Source of the DNA: Chloroflexota bacterium
GTDB lineage: Bacteria; Chloroflexota; UBA11872; VXOZ01
Length of the DNA: 64,000 nt
Direction: 5' to 3'
NCBI GenBank assembly: GCA_965221905.1
Contig: OZ244922.1
Location: 3,104,001-3,168,000 of the forward strand
In this document: one piece after another, positions 59,620-64,000 of the stretch
How the letters are laid out: the number at the start of each line of letters is the position of its first letter
Numbering within the stretch: position 1 is the first letter of the stretch
Notes under the pieces: model-generated
Told to the model about the DNA's origin: nothing
The model's database searches: none
Seen by the model: only the letters and a program-made list of their open reading frames with translations
Position numbers and translations under genes: made by a program

Positions 59620-60795
59620 GTGCTACGCGTACTCAAGATTCTTACCGCCGGTGAATCACACGGACAAGCGCTCCTGACCATTGTCGAGGGCATGCCGTCC
59701 GGATTGCCCATATCGGCGGAGGAAATCGGCCGACACATGACGCGCCGTCAAAAGGGGTACGGGCGCGGTCGCCGCCAGCAAATCGAGAAAGACGCCGCGG
59801 AGATACTCTCCGGCGTGCGCCACGGCAAGAGTATCGGCAGTCCCATTGCCATGTTGGTCAACAACAAGGACTGGGAAAACTGGCAACAAATCATGGCGGT
59901 AGAACCCGTCGAGACTCCGGTAAAGAAGGTGACGCACCTGCGCCCCGGCCATGCCGATCTCGTCGGCGTTTTCAAGTACGGCTTCGATGACATTCGTCCC
60001 ATTCTCGAAAGGTCGAGCGCCCGCGAAACTGCTGCGCGCCTGGCTGCCTCCGGCGTGTGCCGCGCCCTTCTAAGTCACTTCGGTATTCAGATCGCCAGCT
60101 ATGTTTCAGTGCTTGGGCCGATTGAGATGGACGGCGCGTATGAGGTTACGCAGCATCCCGAATCCGTAGACTGGGACGCCCTGGAAGAAGACCCGTTGCG
60201 CTGCCCGGACCCCGCTGCCAGCAAGAAGATGGTAACGCTCATCGATGAGATGAAAGCGGCGGGCGACAGCCTGGGCGGTATCTACAACGTCGTTGCCTGG
60301 GGTCTGCCAGTCGGTTTGGGCAGCCACGTCTTTTGGGACCGCCGTCTGGATTCACGTCTGGCGGCAGCAATTCTGTCTATCAACGCCACCAAAGGGGTCG
60401 AGTTCGGTTCAGCGTTCGAAAACGCGCGCCGGCAGGGCTCGCAGGTGCAAGACCAGATTCGCTTCGAGAAGGGCCTGGGATTCTCCCGCTTGAGTAACCG
60501 CGCGGGCGGCCTGGAAGCAGGCATTAGCAACGGCGAACCGCTGCTCGTGCGTGGGGCGCTCAAGCCGATTTCCACTATCAAGAGCCCGCTGCCCTCGGTA
60601 GACTTGGCGACGCTCGAGCCTGCACAGGCCCACTACGAACGCGCTGACACCACCGCCGTGCCTGCCGCCGGGGTAATTGGCGAGGCGATGGTGGCTATGG
60701 TCTTGGCCGATGCGTTTCTTGAGAAGTTTGGCGGCGATAGCATGGCCGAGGTCGAACGCAACTATCAGGGCTACATGGAGGGTCTGCCAAAATAG
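59620..60795 (+). CDS. aroC: Chorismate synthase
   Basis: Motifs TAGESHG, RPGHAD, ERSSARETAAR, GDSLGG, NRAGGLEAGISNG and KPIST. Confidence 0.97.
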   Translation: MLRVLKILTAGESHGQALLTIVEGMPSGLPISAEEIGRHMTRRQKGYGRGRRQQIEKDAAEILSGVRHGKSIGSPIAMLVNNKDWENWQQIMAVEPVETPVKKVTHLRPGHADLVGVFKYGFDDIRPILERSSARETAARLAASGVCRALLSHFGIQIASYVSVLGPIEMDGAYEVTQHPESVDWDALEEDPLRCPDPAASKKMVTLIDEMKAAGDSLGGIYNVVAWGLPVGLGSHVFWDRRLDSRLAAAILSINATKGVEFGSAFENARRQGSQVQDQIRFEKGLGFSRLSNRAGGLEAGISNGEPLLVRGALKPISTIKSPLPSVDLATLEPAQAHYERADTTAVPAAGVIGEAMVAMVLADAFLEKFGGDSMAEVERNYQGYMEGLPK

Positions 60796-60800
60796 AGAGC

Positions 60801-61313
60801 GTGGTACTCATCGGCCTATCGGGCACGGGAAAATCCTCCGTCGGCAGAATCCTGGCACGGAAACTGCACTGGCGATTCAGCGATACCGATAGCGAAATCG
60901 AGCAGCAGGAAAAGCAGCGGATACCGCAGCTTTTTCAGGACAAGGGCGAAGCGTATTTCCGCTCGGTTGAACAGCGCGTCGTGCAGGAGATTTGTGCTCA
61001 GCGAAATCTCGTCGTTAGTACCGGCGGCGGTGCCGCGCTTGATCCTGTAAACCGCGACGCCATGCGCGCCCACAACCTCGTGATTTGGCTCCGCGCCACG
61101 CCCGAGATCATCTTCAACCGCTTAAAATGGAGCGTACACACCCGCCCCTTGCTCAAAGCCCCCGACCCACTTGCCAGAATCCGCGCCATGGCGGATGAGC
61201 GGCAAGAGTACTACAGCAAGGCGAGCCACGTGGCAGCGGATACGGACGACAAAAGCCACGAGGCAGTGGCGGACATTCTTTGGAAACAGGTGGAAGCATG
61301 GAAGACGCCCTGA
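60801..61313 (+). CDS. aroK: Shikimate kinase
   Basis: Motifs GLSGTGKSSVG, DTD, GEAYFR, STGGG and RPLL. The true start may overlap the aroC stop. Confidence 0.95.
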   Translation: MVLIGLSGTGKSSVGRILARKLHWRFSDTDSEIEQQEKQRIPQLFQDKGEAYFRSVEQRVVQEICAQRNLVVSTGGGAALDPVNRDAMRAHNLVIWLRATPEIIFNRLKWSVHTRPLLKAPDPLARIRAMADERQEYYSKASHVAADTDDKSHEAVADILWKQVEAWKTP

Positions 61314-62347
61314 TCGGTCGCGACATCCTGCCCGAACTGTCGAGCGCCTTGGCGCGCCACGGCATTGAAGGAAGACTCTTCCTCATTGCCGATGAACGTG
61401 TGGTGGAGCGCACCCAAAACAGGCTGGCAGAGACGCTTGCGGAGAACGGCCATACGGTCTTCAGCTATCTCGTGCCGTCCGGTGAAGAGAGCAAAAATCT
61501 CTGCCAGGCCGAAAGCATCTACCATTGGCTCGCCGCGCATCGGGCGGAACGCAAGGAAGTGATCCTGGCGTTTGGCGGCGGGGTCGTCGGCGACCTGGCC
61601 GGGTTCGTCGCCGCCACCTATCTGCGCGGCATGCCGTACGTGCAGATTCCGACGACTCTCGTAGCGCAAATCGACAGCAGCATCGGCGGCAAAGTAGCCG
61701 TAGACCTGCCGGAAGGCAAGAATCTCGTGGGCGCGTTCTACCCGTCGTTGATTACGTGCATCGATACCCGCTTTTTGGAGACCCTTTCCCAACGAGACCT
61801 TCTCGCCGGCTGGGCGGAGGTCGTCAAGACGGCGCTGCTCTTCGATCCGCCGCTTTTTGCGGAGATTGCGAGCCGAGGCCCTGGCGACCTTACCCCGGAA
61901 TTCTTGCTGGAGGTCGTCCCTCGGTGCGTGCGCTGGAAGCAGAAGGTCGTAGCGGAAGACCCCAAAGAGCAAGGCATCCGCGCGCTCCTGAACTACGGCC
62001 ACACCATCGGTCACGCTTTGGAAGCGGCCACCGGTTACCAGACGTACCTCCATGGCGAGGCAGTCGCCATCGGCATGCACGGCGCGGCCCGGATCGCCCA
62101 CCACCTGGGCATACTTGGAAAAGAGGCGTACGAGCAGCAGCAAGCCGTCATCGCCCAATATGCGTTATCCCTCCAGTACACGCAGGTGGATCCCGCCGCT
62201 ATCCACGACGCAATCTCACTAGATAAGAAGAATCGCCAGGGCAAGGTGCGCTGGATTCTCCTAGAAGACATCGGCACGCCGCGCATCGAGAGCGCAGTGC
62301 CGCAATCACTCGTGCGCCAGGTAATACAAGAACTGCGGGCAAGCTAA
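61298..62347 (+). CDS. aroB: 3-dehydroquinate synthase
   Basis: Motifs GEESK, FGGGVVGDLAGF, PTTLVAQIDSSIGGK, KNLVGAFY, LNYGHTIGHALE, HGEAVAIG and DKK. Confidence 0.97.
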   Translation: MEDALIGRDILPELSSALARHGIEGRLFLIADERVVERTQNRLAETLAENGHTVFSYLVPSGEESKNLCQAESIYHWLAAHRAERKEVILAFGGGVVGDLAGFVAATYLRGMPYVQIPTTLVAQIDSSIGGKVAVDLPEGKNLVGAFYPSLITCIDTRFLETLSQRDLLAGWAEVVKTALLFDPPLFAEIASRGPGDLTPEFLLEVVPRCVRWKQKVVAEDPKEQGIRALLNYGHTIGHALEAATGYQTYLHGEAVAIGMHGAARIAHHLGILGKEAYEQQQAVIAQYALSLQYTQVDPAAIHDAISLDKKNRQGKVRWILLEDIGTPRIESAVPQSLVRQVIQELRAS

Positions 62348-62411
62348 CTAGCAAATGCAGCGCTGACAAGCGGAGACCAGGCAGAGAAGCAAAGGCACTG
62401 TAGTGGGTAGT

Positions 62412-62735
62412 CCGTTCGTCCTGAGCATGCTTGTCCTGAGCATGTCGAAGGTCGAAGGGTCGAAGGATAAACGGACTTGCTTTCTCTTGATAGACGTGGT
62501 TCTAGGCGAGCTTCTTAGAGCTTGTGATGTAGTGGCTTTGCAAGTGCACCTGCTCACAGTGCTTTCGGCGCGGGTATCCCTCCCAATTGGCTAGGGTTAT
62601 TCGCTAAGAGCGGGGGACAAGCCCCCGCGCTACAAGGAACGGAGCATTTCAACCCGTCATTCCCGCGCCCGCGGGAATCCATCCTTCCCAGCCAATAGAG
62701 TCCTCCACGGGCGGGGGTCAAGTCCCCGCGCTACA
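62412..62735. repeat. REP cluster: self-nested family C, family A and two GTAG-type family D copies
   Basis: Nested CTGAGCAT...GTCGAAG at 62412-62474. GCGGGGGACAAGCCCCCGCGCTACA at 62610-62634 with a variant at 62711-62735. GTCATTCCCGCGCCCGCGGGAATCCA at ~62656-62681. Confidence 0.82.
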
Positions 62736-62873
62736 TTCCAGACAATACCGGTGCGCCTGGTTTGCCTCCAAAGGGCCGCCTAGCTCGCAGACCAATCGAA
62801 GCACAATGTCTGCCCTTAGCTGCTAAAATGTAGAGAGTGAATCTCGTCCAATCTTTGTACCCTGAGGAAATTA

Positions 62874-63209
62874 ATGGCACAATTCATCTTCTTCTATCGC
62901 GCGTCGCCGGAAGCCATGCAGCGGATGGGAAGCGCTTCGCCCGAACAACAACAAGCACACATGGGTAAATGGCAGGCGTGGACGGAAAGCAATGCGGAGT
63001 CGCTGCTGAATGCCGGGACGCCCTTCAGCGGCGGGCAAGTGCTGTCCGGAGCCGGAAGTTCTGACGTAGACGGCACCATGATGGGATTCGCAATCCTGCA
63101 AGCAGAGGATATGGCGGCGGCCGAGGCGATATTGAGGACTGATCCTTTCCTTGGCCAGGGCGAGGGCTGCACCATCGAGGTCTACGAGTGCATGTCCATG
63201 CCGGGATAG
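62874..63209 (+). CDS. YciI/DGPF-like protein
   Basis: Pattern MAQFIFFYR...W.AW...G.P...GFAILQAEDM.AA...DPFL...IEVYE, with a GAGG RBS. Confidence 0.8.
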   Translation: MAQFIFFYRASPEAMQRMGSASPEQQQAHMGKWQAWTESNAESLLNAGTPFSGGQVLSGAGSSDVDGTMMGFAILQAEDMAAAEAILRTDPFLGQGEGCTIEVYECMSMPG

Positions 63210-63275
63210 GCTCGATGTCTGCGTTGCGCCAACCTACCGTGGCGGTAACGTAGCCGCAGTTGATGTGAGGGCAGC

Positions 63276-64000
63276 ATGGAATACCGGCAACTAGGCACAA
63301 CCGGCGTGCGCGTCTCTGAAATTGCGTACGGCACGTTTCCGCTTGGAACCTATACCGATACGGACGCGGGCGCAGCGATGATTCACACCGCTATGGACCG
63401 CGGCGTAAACTTTATTGATTCCGCCAACGTCTATTTTAAAGGCCGATCGGAAGAAATCGTTGGCGCAGCGCTGAAGGGACGGCGCCAAGAGGTCGTCCTC
63501 GCCAGCAAGTTTGGCCACCCGATGGGAGCGGGCCCCAACGAAAGAGGCTCCTCACGCTACCACATCTACCATGAAATCGAGGATTCGCTGCGGCGTCTGC
63601 AAACCGACTACATCGATGTTTACTACTTCCACATCCCGGACCCGACCACGCCCCTCGAAGAGTCCATCCGCGCCATGGACGACCTGGTGCAACAAGGCAA
63701 AGTGCGCTATATCGGCACCTCCCACTTTGCCGCCTGGCAGATCGCGCACGGCCTGCGGCTGGCAGAGCGCAACCGGCTTGCGCCCTGGGTGGTGGAGCAA
63801 CCGCGCTACTGTCTGATAGACCGCGCGATCGAACAAGAGGTGGTACCCATGGCGCAGTCACTTGGAATCGGCATCGTGGCGCACAGTCCGCTCGGCGGCG
63901 GATTCCTCACCGGCAAGTACAAACCGGGTCAGCCGCCCCCGCCGGATTCCCGCTTTGCTGCCCGGCCCGACGGCATTAGCTCACTGCCGCAGCACTACGA
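63276..64000 (+). CDS. Aldo/keto reductase (3' end outside the window)
   Basis: MEYRQLGTTGVRVSEIAYGT...FIDSANVY...SEEIVG...SLRRLQTDYIDVYYFH...GKVRYIG. The frame is open to the window end, so it is missing from the ORF track. Confidence 0.92.
   Translation, partial: MEYRQLGTTGVRVSEIAYGTFPLGTYTDTDAGAAMIHTAMDRGVNFIDSANVYFKGRSEEIVGAALKGRRQEVVLASKFGHPMGAGPNERGSSRYHIYHEIEDSLRRLQTDYIDVYYFHIPDPTTPLEESIRAMDDLVQQGKVRYIGTSHFAAWQIAHGLRLAERNRLAPWVVEQPRYCLIDRAIEQEVVPMAQSLGIGIVAHSPLGGGFLTGKYKPGQPPPPDSRFAARPDGISSLPQHY

Overview
A GC-rich bacterial chromosomal window. The lineage is probably Chloroflexota, inferred from gene content and a lineage-typical secreted-protein N-terminal domain. Contents in order: secD-(hisS/hisZ-like)-hisG-secF; alr; a surface-glycan locus (4 GT4, a CgeB-type GT, a Wzx flippase, methyltransferases); a GMC oxidoreductase pair; a CPA2 antiporter with a divergent LysM gene; folP; a GT-C membrane glycosyltransferase; a Thr-type sulfatase-like hydrolase; three secreted proteins sharing one ~85-aa N-terminal domain (two carry 5 and 7 FN3-like repeats and Pro-Thr stalks, one is frameshifted); an AT-richer three-gene cassette; an Rrf2-MoeB-TusB-JAB-LarE plus YeeE-TusA sulfur-relay cluster split by tRNA-Pro(GGG); a Zn-ribbon/NYN/TPR protein; and aroE-aroC-aroK-aroB. 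Best leads: (1) the cassette at 37.3-39.1 kb, a candidate chaperone-antitoxin-ADP-ribosyltransferase-like toxin module whose third gene has one in-frame TGA; (2) nested REP/MITE elements, including a 24-bp hairpin seen at both filled and empty sites; (3) a REP copy captured in frame in the NYN-TPR gene that seeds a protein tandem repeat; (4) an orphan LarE inside a ubiquitin-like sulfur-relay operon with no carrier gene; (5) the modular surface-protein family. All family calls come from motif recognition by eye; no database searches were run.
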